Assembly: GCA_019236675.1 (NCBI GenBank)
Contig: JAFAIO010000109.1
Coordinates: 1-46,704, forward strand
DNA: 46,704 bases
Source of the DNA: Verrucomicrobiota bacterium
GTDB lineage: Bacteria; Verrucomicrobiota; Verrucomicrobiia; Chthoniobacterales; JAFAMB01
Direction: 5' to 3'
This document shows positions 38,221 through 44,467 of this stretch, one piece after another. Under the pieces are notes generated by a model. The model saw only the letters and a list, made by a program, of their open reading frames with translations. It did no database searches and had not been told where the DNA came from. Positions within the stretch are counted from its first letter, which is position 1, and each line of letters begins with the position of its first letter. A program made the position numbers and the translations under genes.

Positions 38221-38434
38221 ATAAACAATAAGTGACCGAGCGGCCCTAGCCTGGCTTTACAGCCTGCTCCAGCCATTTCGGTCGAGTCTTTTAATCTATG
38301 ACGAAAAAGTTGACCGTCAACTGGCCTCCGTCGAACGGATGAATAGCGGCTAAAACAGCCAAAAGCCCAAAGGAAAATAGGAGAAGTTGAGTTTCGCTTC
38401 AACCCGCAGAGTCTCTGCCGCAAGAAAAACAGAG

Positions 38435-38653
38435 AATAGCCGCAAAAGAACACAGCGCAAGGAACGCAAAAGAAGCCCTCGGATGGACACAGATTCACGC
38501 AGATTTGAGAGCTTCCAACGAGGCGAAGCGACTGCGAATGCAGATCAACGCAGAACGTTCCCGCGCGTTCCCAGCGTTCCCGCCGTAGGCCTTGCGGATG
38601 CGGATCCACTCGCCGTATTTTTTTTGCGTTCCTTGCGTTCTTTTGCGGCTATT
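38435..38653. repeat. intergenic hairpin element E9 (GCGTTCC/GCAAAAG-type arms)
   Basis: The left arm AATAGCCGCAAAAGAACACAGCGCAAGGAACGCAAAAGAA is the inverse complement of TTTTTTTTGCGTTCCTTGCGTTCTTTTGCGGCTATT (38618..38653). The inner part is rich in the short repeats ACGCAGA and GCGTTCC. It lies between divergent nusA and a HAD hydrolase gene. Confidence 0.85.
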
Positions 38654-38692
38654 ATTTCAACCCCTGTTTTCGGTGGCTACGGGAATTCGCAA

Positions 38693-39364
38693 ATGCTGAA
38701 AGTCATAACGTTTGATGCGGGAAACACGCTGATCCGGCTTTCACGTCCAGTGGGCGTGACCTACGCCGAGGTGGCAAAACAGTTCGGAGCTAACTTGAAC
38801 CCTATCGATCTGGAACATGGTTTCAGGGCGGCCTGGAAGACAGCTCCCCGATTGCCGGACCTACCAGAGCCTCGATCTGACGACGGGCGGACTTGGTGGC
38901 GAGACGTTGTGTTGCAGACCTTAGAGAATGCAAGAGTTGAAGTCGAACCGTTCGACGACTTTTTCGATGCCGTTTATCAGGAGTTTGCTTTGCCGGGCGT
39001 TTGGCGGCTGGAACCCGGCGCACTCGAGCTTTTGGAGGATCTGCGTAGCGCCGAGTTTCGTTTAGGGATTATCTCCAATTTCGATCGCCGCCTTTTCGAG
39101 ATTCTTAGACATGTCGGTATTTCAGACCTGTTCGAGCAGATCGTTGTGTCCAGCCAAGTGGGGGCGGAAAAACCTTCCCCTCGCATCTTTCAAGAAGCTC
39201 TTCGTCGATTCGCGGTCGAGCCGGCGGAACTGCTGCATGTTGGTGACGACGAAAAGGCCGATGGCGCTGGTGCGCGTGCGCTGGGTATTCAGGCTTTCAT
39301 CCTCGGTTTGGCGGGCAGTGGTTTGCGTGGCTTACGTGAACTTGTTGGGCTAGCCGCACCCTAA
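38693..39364 (+). CDS. HAD-superfamily hydrolase (subfamily IA)
   Basis: Start moved to ATG 38693 (MLKVITFDAGNTLI, which is HAD motif I DxG/DxD-like). Motif II is IISNF and motif IV is HVGDDEKADGAGA. The longer ORF 38387.. runs through repeat E9. Confidence 0.8.
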   Translation: MLKVITFDAGNTLIRLSRPVGVTYAEVAKQFGANLNPIDLEHGFRAAWKTAPRLPDLPEPRSDDGRTWWRDVVLQTLENARVEVEPFDDFFDAVYQEFALPGVWRLEPGALELLEDLRSAEFRLGIISNFDRRLFEILRHVGISDLFEQIVVSSQVGAEKPSPRIFQEALRRFAVEPAELLHVGDDEKADGAGARALGIQAFILGLAGSGLRGLRELVGLAAP

Positions 39365-39374
39365 AAGCATCTTC

Positions 39375-39612
39375 AACCTCGCGTCCACGCGGTGCAATTC
39401 GGGAGAATGCGAACACGCCGATACTCCAGTACTCCGCTCGTAAAACTTCGAGAACAGCTCGTCCGCCTTAGCTTTCGCTGTATGCTCAAGTCGGCCTCGC
39501 AAGCGAGGCAGCGCTCCACAATAAACGTGGCGACGACGGAAGGACGACGACAGCCTGCCGCGCCGTAGGCTTGGCGAAGGCGGACGACGAGAACGAAGCG
39601 CTTCGAGAATGC
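39375..39612 (-). repeat. dispersed repeat family R-A, copy 2 (element E10 region)
   Basis: The reverse complement contains CGTTCTCGTCGTCCGCCTTCGCCAAGCCTACGGCGCGGCAGGCTGTCGTCGTCC and CCGAATTGCACCGCGTGGACGCGAGGTT. These match 21337..21482 in the same order with a longer spacer. Confidence 0.8.
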
Positions 39613-39654
39613 ACTGGGCTCAGTGCCGATGCCCGCTACAAAGAATAAAAGGAT

Positions 39655-40101
39655 ATGCGCCGCATAGGACAGTTGAATTCTTTAGCTCCCGCTACAATTG
39701 CCACATTGCTAGTGCTGACTGGCCTCGGGTTTGGCGCTGACAATACCCTTCCGCCGGTTCGCGTTGACGGTGATGCCCCTAAAATGGCTAGCCAATCCTA
39801 CAAGTTTTGTTGGAGTGCGATGCGGCAAGTCAGCGGTATGAGAGAGGATCGTTTTTTTGTCGAACCTGTAATTGAGTCCAAGGGCCATAAGCCGCCGCCG
39901 ACCGATACTAGCCTGATCATTCAAAGCCAGAACGGCCCCATTAACGTTCCCGTTTCGAGGGACGGCGCGGTCGAGAATTTTCCGATTTCAAACGAATTGT
40001 TGGCGGAGAATCCGTTGGTCGTTGCGAATCAACCCAAAGGATCTCTAGATTTGACATTGCAGGTCAGAATCCCAGCCCCGAATCAGAAGAGATTTAGATA
40101 A
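39655..40101 (+). CDS. hypothetical secreted protein (possibly the 5' part of a split gene)
   Basis: 148 aa with ATG preceded by AAAGGA and a signal peptide (ATIATLLVLTGLGFGA). It ends 7 nt before the next ORF, which is in the +1 frame. Confidence 0.5.
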   Translation: MRRIGQLNSLAPATIATLLVLTGLGFGADNTLPPVRVDGDAPKMASQSYKFCWSAMRQVSGMREDRFFVEPVIESKGHKPPPTDTSLIIQSQNGPINVPVSRDGAVENFPISNELLAENPLVVANQPKGSLDLTLQVRIPAPNQKRFR

Positions 40102-40108
40102 CTCGGAA

Positions 40109-40384
40109 TTGGTGGCAGGCCTCAAAGAAGCCAATCATCTTTTCAGAAAAGCGATGGGGGTTCTCGGAATTTTTGCGCCCCAGACCAAAGATCTGACCTT
40201 TGTCTTTGCTCCGGCCTCATCGGTTCGACCGGCCGTTACGGTGCTTTGGAAGGGTTCTCCCCAAACGACGATTGCGGATAATGACGGCATGCTGGTTCTC
40301 CGCATCGATGAATCGACGAAAGAAGATCCCGACGTGTCGGTGACTGAAATCCCGGAGAAAATCTTGGCGCTTCCGCAACGGTGA
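40109..40384 (+). CDS. hypothetical protein (possibly the 3' part of a split gene)
   Basis: 91 aa from a TTG start. Its frame is already open from 40055, overlapping the end of the upstream ORF. Skipping one nt near 40099 fuses the two ORFs. Confidence 0.4.
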   Translation: MVAGLKEANHLFRKAMGVLGIFAPQTKDLTFVFAPASSVRPAVTVLWKGSPQTTIADNDGMLVLRIDESTKEDPDVSVTEIPEKILALPQR

Positions 40385-40579
40385 TTAATCGCGCCAAATC
40401 AAGAATGTTTACCGCGAAAGCCTGCTGGACATTTGCTTCGGATAACTGATAGTGCGGCGCGACATTGGTTGCCCCCCGAGAGCATGGATGCTTACAGAGA
40501 GACCTCGTCTCCGCGCAGAATCCAGGTAACTGGACAATCCGGTCCAGGTCTGGGATAATTGCACTCTTATCTTCGAAAA

Positions 40580-41086
40580 ATGGGTGCCGGACTAAGAACT
40601 GCAGCAATACTGTCGATGGTTGTCTGCTTTCCCATGTTCTCGACACCCATCGCGGCCGATTCAAAGACCGATCTCGACACGATCAATCAGCAAAAGGTTG
40701 CGGGAGCTGGTGATTCTGAAAAAGAGATTTACGATCAGCTAATACGGATGGTCGACGCGTGGAATAAACACGATATCGATGCTTATGTTGATGGTTATTG
40801 GCGATCGGACGATCTCGTCATCGTCGTCGAAGGCGAAAATATTCGGGGTTGGAATTTATTGAATAAGGCTTACCACGTCGGTTACCCGAATCGGGAGGAG
40901 ATGGGAACTTTGATGCTGGACCGAGCGCAGATTCAAATGCTCGCGCCAGACATCGGCTTTGTGTTGACTTGGTTCACAGCAATTTTTCCCAAAAAGAAAC
41001 AGTTCGGTACGGACACGATGGTCTTCAAGAAGCTTCCTGAAGGGTGGCGGGTGGCAGTCTCTCACAGTAGCTTCGTGGAACCCTGA
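40580..41086 (+). CDS. NTF2-fold protein (SnoaL/DUF4440-like), secreted
   Basis: Start moved to ATG 40580, giving a signal peptide (MGAGLRTAAILSMVVCFPMFSTPIAA). VDAWNKHDIDAYVDGYW...KKLPEGWRVAVSHSS is typical of DUF4440/SgcJ-like domains. Confidence 0.7.
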   Translation: MGAGLRTAAILSMVVCFPMFSTPIAADSKTDLDTINQQKVAGAGDSEKEIYDQLIRMVDAWNKHDIDAYVDGYWRSDDLVIVVEGENIRGWNLLNKAYHVGYPNREEMGTLMLDRAQIQMLAPDIGFVLTWFTAIFPKKKQFGTDTMVFKKLPEGWRVAVSHSSFVEP

Positions 41087-41167
41087 CCCAGTCCCTTTTT
41101 CAACTGGGCCAGGATTGTCGCTTCGAAGTACGCTGGTGGCACTTCGAGATGTTGACCGAAACTCTGG

Positions 41168-41626
41168 TCAGGCTAAGCGCATGGACCGCGTGGGTGGATG
41201 TGTCGGCATGGTGATCGCTAGCTGGGTGGGCGGGTGCGTCGGCATGGTGATCGCTAGCTGGGTGGGCGGATGCGTCGGCATGGTGATCGCTAGCTGGGTG
41301 GGCGGATGCGTCGGCATGGTAATCGCTAGCTGGGTGGGTGGATGCGTCGGCATGGTGATCGCTAGCTGGGTGGGCGGATGCGTCGGCATGGTGATCGCTA
41401 GCTGGATACTGTCACCCGCTGGTTGCCAGAGATGCATAGCAAAGCCGCCGTCTGTTTTTTTAGAGCCCGTTGTTTCTGTTGGTCTAAAAGTCCTAACGTC
41501 TTTCGGAACCGATTCATCCTTGCGGATAAATTTGCCGGTTTCGCGACCCAGATCGGGCATCGCATTGGCGGATGCCAGCGAGAGAGCACTAGATAGTAAG
41601 AGAGCAGTCAAGTGAAATACTTTCAT
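41168..41626 (-). CDS. secreted protein with six C-terminal 12-aa tandem repeats (QLAITMPTHPPT)
   Basis: ATG 41626 gives a good signal peptide (MKVFHLTALLLSSALSLASANA). The opposite strand is also open through the repeat but lacks a plausible N-terminus. Confidence 0.5.
   Translation of the reverse strand: MKVFHLTALLLSSALSLASANAMPDLGRETGKFIRKDESVPKDVRTFRPTETTGSKKTDGGFAMHLWQPAGDSIQLAITMPTHPPTQLAITMPTHPPTQLAITMPTHPPTQLAITMPTHPPTQLAITMPTHPPTQLAITMPTHPPTRSMRLA
41188..41403. repeat. 36-bp tandem repeat x6
   Basis: Unit GGGTGGGCGGATGCGTCGGCATGGTGATCGCTAGCT. The six head-to-tail copies have 0-3 substitutions each and no spacers. Confidence 0.95.
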
Positions 41627-41974
41627 AAAATCAGCCAATACGTTCTTTCCATGCAAGCCGCACGGAAAAAGCGCGAGTGCGTTGCCAGTTTTTGGAAACC
41701 GTTTGCAGTCACTATGGCTAGGCTAGTGAGCATGAGGGACCTAAGCCTTAAAACTTGGATTGGGACTGCTTAATTCAAGCGTCTTGGGGGTCCGATTGGG
41801 TAACCGCGAAATACTCCCACGCCGATAACTCCCATCATCCAATCACCGCTCCAATACTCCGTTACTCCATCACTCCGCGCCGCGATTTTGATGACGAGGT
41901 CGATTGCGAGGCGCATGACGCGCTGGTCGCTGCTGTAACCCGGTCGCCGCCCCTACGTTTAAAGCTTTGTAGAT

Positions 41975-42181
41975 ATGAAAAGAATACTTATTGCGCTTTC
42001 GGTGTTGATTGCGGCACTGACGTTTTGCCCGAAACCAGCCGATGCAGGGGTTGTAGTAGTCTTCAGAGGACCTGGATTTTATGGTCCGGGATACTACTGG
42101 GGACCAGGTGGATACGCCTATTACGCACATCCTTACTGGCATCGCCGGTACTGGTGGCACAGCCACTGGTGCTATCGGTAA
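41975..42181 (+). CDS. small secreted Gly/Tyr/Trp/His-rich peptide
   Basis: 68 aa with a signal peptide (MKRILIALSVLIAALTFCPKPADA). The 44-aa mature part is GVVVVFRGPGFYGPGYYWGPGGYAYYAHPYWHRRYWWHSHWCYR. A strong terminator follows. Confidence 0.6.
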   Translation: MKRILIALSVLIAALTFCPKPADAGVVVVFRGPGFYGPGYYWGPGGYAYYAHPYWHRRYWWHSHWCYR

Positions 42182-42260
42182 GGCGCTCTTTCGCGTACCA
42201 GAGCCCCGCAACCTGCGAGCGAAATCTCTACCGTAATTTCATAACAAAATCATAACCACG

Positions 42261-42293
42261 TTGGGCAGGCTTGCGCCTGCCCAATGTTTTTTT
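42261..42293 (+). terminator. rho-independent terminator
   Basis: TTGGGCAGGC-TTGC-GCCTGCCCAA forms a perfect 10-bp stem, followed by TGTTTTTTT. Confidence 0.8.
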
Positions 42294-42480
42294 CGCGAAA
42301 GCGTCTCGAGCGCGAAGGTAAGGAGTGATGGAGCAACGGAGTAATGGAGTAATGGAGTGCACCCCGCTACGCGCCCTTATTTTGGTTAAATAGATTCGTC
42401 TTTGTGGCCTTTGCGTTCTTCCTGTTTAAGTTCCCTCTTTTTCACCATTTGTCCGTTGTTGCGGCAATTTCTAAAAGGCC

Positions 42481-42508
42481 TTGCGACTCTCGAATTCAGG
42501 GATACTGT
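42481..42508 (+). promoter_or_regulatory. candidate sigma-70 promoter upstream of the tRNA-like/tRNA-Lys/GIY-YIG array
   Basis: TTGCGA (42481..42486), then a 16-nt spacer, then TACTGT (42503..42508). It lies about 18 nt upstream of tRNA-like A. Confidence 0.3.
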
Positions 42509-42525
42509 TCCAGTCCGTTTTCCCA

Positions 42526-42592
42526 GGGTTGGTAGCTCAATGGTAGAGCAGCCCCGAAAGCTTTCGGGGTTGGTTCTGGGTTGGGACAAACC
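42526..42592 (+). pseudogene. tRNA-Lys-derived tRNA-like sequence A (hairpin-substituted anticodon arm, degenerate T arm)
   Basis: GGGTTGG-TA-GCTCAATGGTAGAGC-A is identical to the tRNA-Lys 5' half. It is followed by GCCCCGAAAGCTTTCGGGGT in place of the anticodon arm, then TGGTT. The T arm and 3' acceptor are not foldable (CTGGGTTGGGACAAACC). Confidence 0.65.
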
Positions 42593-42615
42593 TGAAGGGG
42601 ACGATCTCAGATTTC

Positions 42616-42687
42616 GGGTTGGTAGCTCAATGGTAGAGCAGCGCCCTTTTAAGGCGTTGGTTGTGGGTTCGAGTCCCACCCAACCCA
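42616..42687 (+). tRNA. tRNA-Lys (anticodon UUU)
   Basis: Hand-folded. Acceptor GGGTTGG/CCAACCC, D arm GCTC-AATGGTA-GAGC, anticodon arm GCGCC-CTTTTAA-GGCGT, variable TGGTT, T arm GTGGG-TTCGAGT-CCCAC, discriminator A. Confidence 0.9.
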
Positions 42688-42699
42688 CTGTTACGCAGG

Positions 42700-42954
42700 A
42701 TGGCGTGGGTCTATATCATTCGTGGGGCTTGTGGCCGGCACTATATCGGGTCCACGGAAGATCTCGATCGGCGTTTTGCCGAACATCAGCGAGGCAAAGT
42801 CCATTCCACCCGCCGCTTCGGTCAGCCGCTGGAACTCATCGCCAACAGAGAAATGCCCGACATCCAGTCGGCCAGAACCCTTGAGCGCGAGCTTAAAGCG
42901 AAGAAGAATCCGCAGGTCGCGATCTATTTGCTAAAGAATGAGTCTGAGCGGTAG
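42700..42954 (+). CDS. small GIY-YIG nuclease-domain protein, copy 1
   Basis: 84 aa. MAWVYIIRGACGRHYIGSTEDLDRRFAEHQRG...ERELK carries the GIY-YIG (here VYI/HYIG), Arg and Glu motifs. The ATG lies 12 nt after the tRNA-Lys 3' end. The TAG stop lies inside the D-arm of tRNA-like B. Confidence 0.85.
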   Translation: MAWVYIIRGACGRHYIGSTEDLDRRFAEHQRGKVHSTRRFGQPLELIANREMPDIQSARTLERELKAKKNPQVAIYLLKNESER

Positions 42955-43020
42955 CTCAATGGTAGAGCAGCCCCGAAAGACTTTCGGGGTTGGTTGTGGG
43001 TTCGAGTCCCACCCAACCCA
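42950..43020 (+). pseudogene. tRNA-Lys-derived tRNA-like sequence B (hairpin-substituted anticodon arm, no 5' acceptor strand)
   Basis: GG-TA-GCTCAATGGTAGAGC-A-GCCCCGAAAGACTTTCGGGGT-TGGTT-GTGGGTTCGAGTCCCAC-CCAACCC-A. The D arm, variable loop, T arm and 3' acceptor are identical to tRNA-Lys. The 5' acceptor strand is replaced by GIY-YIG coding sequence. Confidence 0.7.
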
Positions 43021-43032
43021 CTGTTACGCAGG

Positions 43033-43287
43033 ATGGCGTGGGTCTATATCATTCGTGGGGCTTGTGGCCGGCACTATATCGGGTCCACGGAAAATCTCGA
43101 TCGGCGTTTCGCCGAACACCATCGAGGCAAAGTTCATTCCACCCGCCGCCTCGGTCAGCCGCTAGAACTCATCGCCAACAGAAAAATGCCCGATATCCAG
43201 TCAGCCAGAATCCTTGAGCGCGAACTCAAAGCGAAGAAGAATCCGCAGGTCGCGATCTATTTGCTCAAGGATGAGCCTGAGCGGTAG
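43033..43287 (+). CDS. small GIY-YIG nuclease-domain protein, copy 2
   Basis: 84 aa with 77/84 identity to copy 1. There are 16 nt differences, 9 synonymous and 7 replacement. It has the same 12-nt spacer after tRNA-like B, and its TAG stop lies inside remnant C. Confidence 0.85.
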   Translation: MAWVYIIRGACGRHYIGSTENLDRRFAEHHRGKVHSTRRLGQPLELIANRKMPDIQSARILERELKAKKNPQVAIYLLKDEPER

Positions 43288-43325
43288 CTCGATGCTAGAG
43301 CAGCCCGAAAGCTACGAAAGCCCTG
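43283..43325 (+). pseudogene. tRNA-like remnant C
   Basis: GGTAGCTCGATGCTAGAGCAGCCCGAAAGCTACGAAAGCCC is a decayed D arm plus the start of the hairpin arm. Similarity then ends. Confidence 0.4.
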
Positions 43326-43506
43326 AGTCTCCTTGGATAGCAGCATCTCAGGTTCAATATCACAAGGCGCGATTTTTAAGGGAAGCGCTTTTTCCCGGCC
43401 TTCCCGTTCAATCAGCCGGTATCAGCTAAGCTCGGAAAAGATCAACGCGCCAAAAAAGCACTCGAACAGCCAAGATTAGGCGGATCCTTTGAGCAAAGGG
43501 ATATGG

Positions 43507-43689
43507 CTAGTGACCGACTTCCCGTAGATCCAGTTTCCGGCTCGCGTTATCAATATCGATCCCCGTAAGGTTGCCATCCGCGTCGTAGTCAAGGACCACG
43601 CCCTCGGAAACCTCCTTGCTTTCGGCGCTCGGTTTCGACGACAGATCGATGTAAAGAGAATCGGTCTCTGGGTAGTAATTCAGCTTCAA
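43507..43689 (-). CDS. DUF2283-domain protein (antitoxin-like partner)
   Basis: 60 aa. MKLNYYPETDSLYIDLS...EGVVLDYDADGNLTGIDIDNAS is the classic DUF2283 pattern. Its TTG start overlaps the TGA of the upstream gene (TTGA). Confidence 0.8.
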   Translation of the reverse strand: MKLNYYPETDSLYIDLSSKPSAESKEVSEGVVLDYDADGNLTGIDIDNASRKLDLREVGH

Positions 43690-43927
43690 GGTTTGAACCC
43701 CCGATCTAAAAACGCGTTATGTATGGTAACCTTATCCGAAAGCGGAACAACACGTAGGAATTTGCCCGGTAGCTCTTCGACCCGACCCCAGAATCGGTAT
43801 CGGTTTTGTTCCTGTAATTCCACTGGATGGGGGACTGGACGACGCGTATGCACATGTCTTTTGTGCGATAGGGTCGTTTTCGCATGACCTCATTCTCGAA
43901 ATACGCGGTGAACTGGTAACTGGGCAC
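43686..43927 (-). pseudogene. frameshifted small gene of the type paired with DUF2283 (DUF4258-like, family name tentative)
   Basis: The N-terminal frame MPSYQFTAYFENEVMRKRPYRTKDMCIRVVQSP runs into a C5 run (plus-strand G5, 43829..43833). The conserved-looking C-terminus VELQEQNRYRFWGRVEELPGKFLRVVPLSDKVTIHNAFLDRGFKP continues in another frame to TGA 43686. One extra C restores an 81-aa ORF. Confidence 0.65.
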
Positions 43928-44063
43928 GGCGGGAAGCTATTCATCACTCATCCCGGCGAAAGTCTCCAGGATGCCGCGCAGAATCCCATCCTATCGAGCC
44001 GCACAATTCGGCGCTCGGCGGAGGTCTTAAGAGCTTAGTACTGAGGGGGTTCTGTCTTGATCT

Positions 44064-44453
44064 GTGATGGGCCACTTCGATACAATCAGACTCATGCCAA
44101 AGATGCAAAAAAAGGCTTTGTCGACCCCAGACGAGACACGTTCATTCGATAAAGGGCACTTAGAGCTTGTAACTTTGGGTGGAGTTACTTTCGGGCGAGC
44201 CACATTCGAACCCGGATGGAAATGGTCTGCTTGCGTAAAGCCGATCGCAAAAACCGAAAGCTGTGAGGCGAGTCATCTAGCATACCATGTCTCAGGACGC
44301 CTCAGAGTCCGCATGGATGACGGCAGTGAGGAAGAGTTCGGTCCGGGCGACGTGGCGGTGGTGCCTCCTGGCCATGACGCATGGGTTGTGGGCAATGAAC
44401 CTGTTGTGATCATCGATATCACAGGGATGACGGAATACTCGAAACCGGCCTGA
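44064..44453 (+). CDS. cupin-domain protein
   Basis: 129 aa. The beta-barrel pattern is GRATFEPGWKWS...HLAYHVSGRLRVRMDDGSEEEFGPGDVAVVPPGHDAW. The start is uncertain (ATG 44067, 44094 or 44103 are alternatives). Confidence 0.8.
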   Translation: MMGHFDTIRLMPKMQKKALSTPDETRSFDKGHLELVTLGGVTFGRATFEPGWKWSACVKPIAKTESCEASHLAYHVSGRLRVRMDDGSEEEFGPGDVAVVPPGHDAWVVGNEPVVIIDITGMTEYSKPA

Positions 44454-44467
44454 GGGCTTCTCAGGCC
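44447..44467. terminator. hairpin between convergent cupin and acyltransferase genes
   Basis: GGCCTGAG-GGCTT-CTCAGGCC forms an 8-bp stem overlapping both stop codons. There is no clear U-tract. Confidence 0.35.

Larger units (their letters stand above)
41822..42359. repeat. inverted-repeat element E11 (8-mer arms GGAGTAAT-type) enclosing a small gene
   Basis: Left arm ...GCTCCAATACTCCGTTACTCCATCACTCC (to 41886). Right arm GGAGTGATGGAGCAACGGAGTAATGGAGTAATGGAGTG (42322..42359). The 435-bp interior holds the 68-aa ORF and its terminator. Confidence 0.85.

Noticed and set aside
38217-38609. 130-aa minus-strand ORF immediately upstream of nusA, in the position where rimP is usually found
   Set aside because: The sequence has none of the RimP pattern. 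It is Cys/Phe/Arg-rich, and its coding region is largely the reverse reading of hairpin element E9 and the opposite-strand overlap with the spurious 5' extension of the HAD ORF. I treat it as non-coding.
41188-41403. Possible CRISPR array (regular 36-bp repeats)
   Set aside because: The repeats are directly adjacent with no spacers and lie in an open reading frame whose length is a multiple of 3. There are no cas genes. This is a coding tandem repeat.
41115-41615. Plus-strand 166-aa ORF through the 36-bp repeat (VGGCVGMVIASW x6)
   Set aside because: It has no signal or TM-compatible N-terminus, and its post-repeat sequence looks random. The minus-strand ORF has a clean signal peptide. I keep it only as an alternative, noted in the findings.
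42386-42884. ORFs 42386..42688 (-) and 42402..42884 (+) plus the long forms 42661.. and 42994.. of the GIY-YIG ORFs
   Set aside because: They read through tRNA and tRNA-like sequences (the repeated GSSMVEQ peptide is just the translated D-arm). The GIY-YIG proteins start at the internal ATGs 42700 and 43033 (MAWVYII...).
41100-44460. Integrated prophage or genomic island at tRNA-Lys
   Set aside because: The region looks accessory, but it contains no integrase, recombinase, phage structural or transposase gene. I see no full-length att duplication beyond the tRNA-like fragments described. It is too small and gene-poor to call an island.
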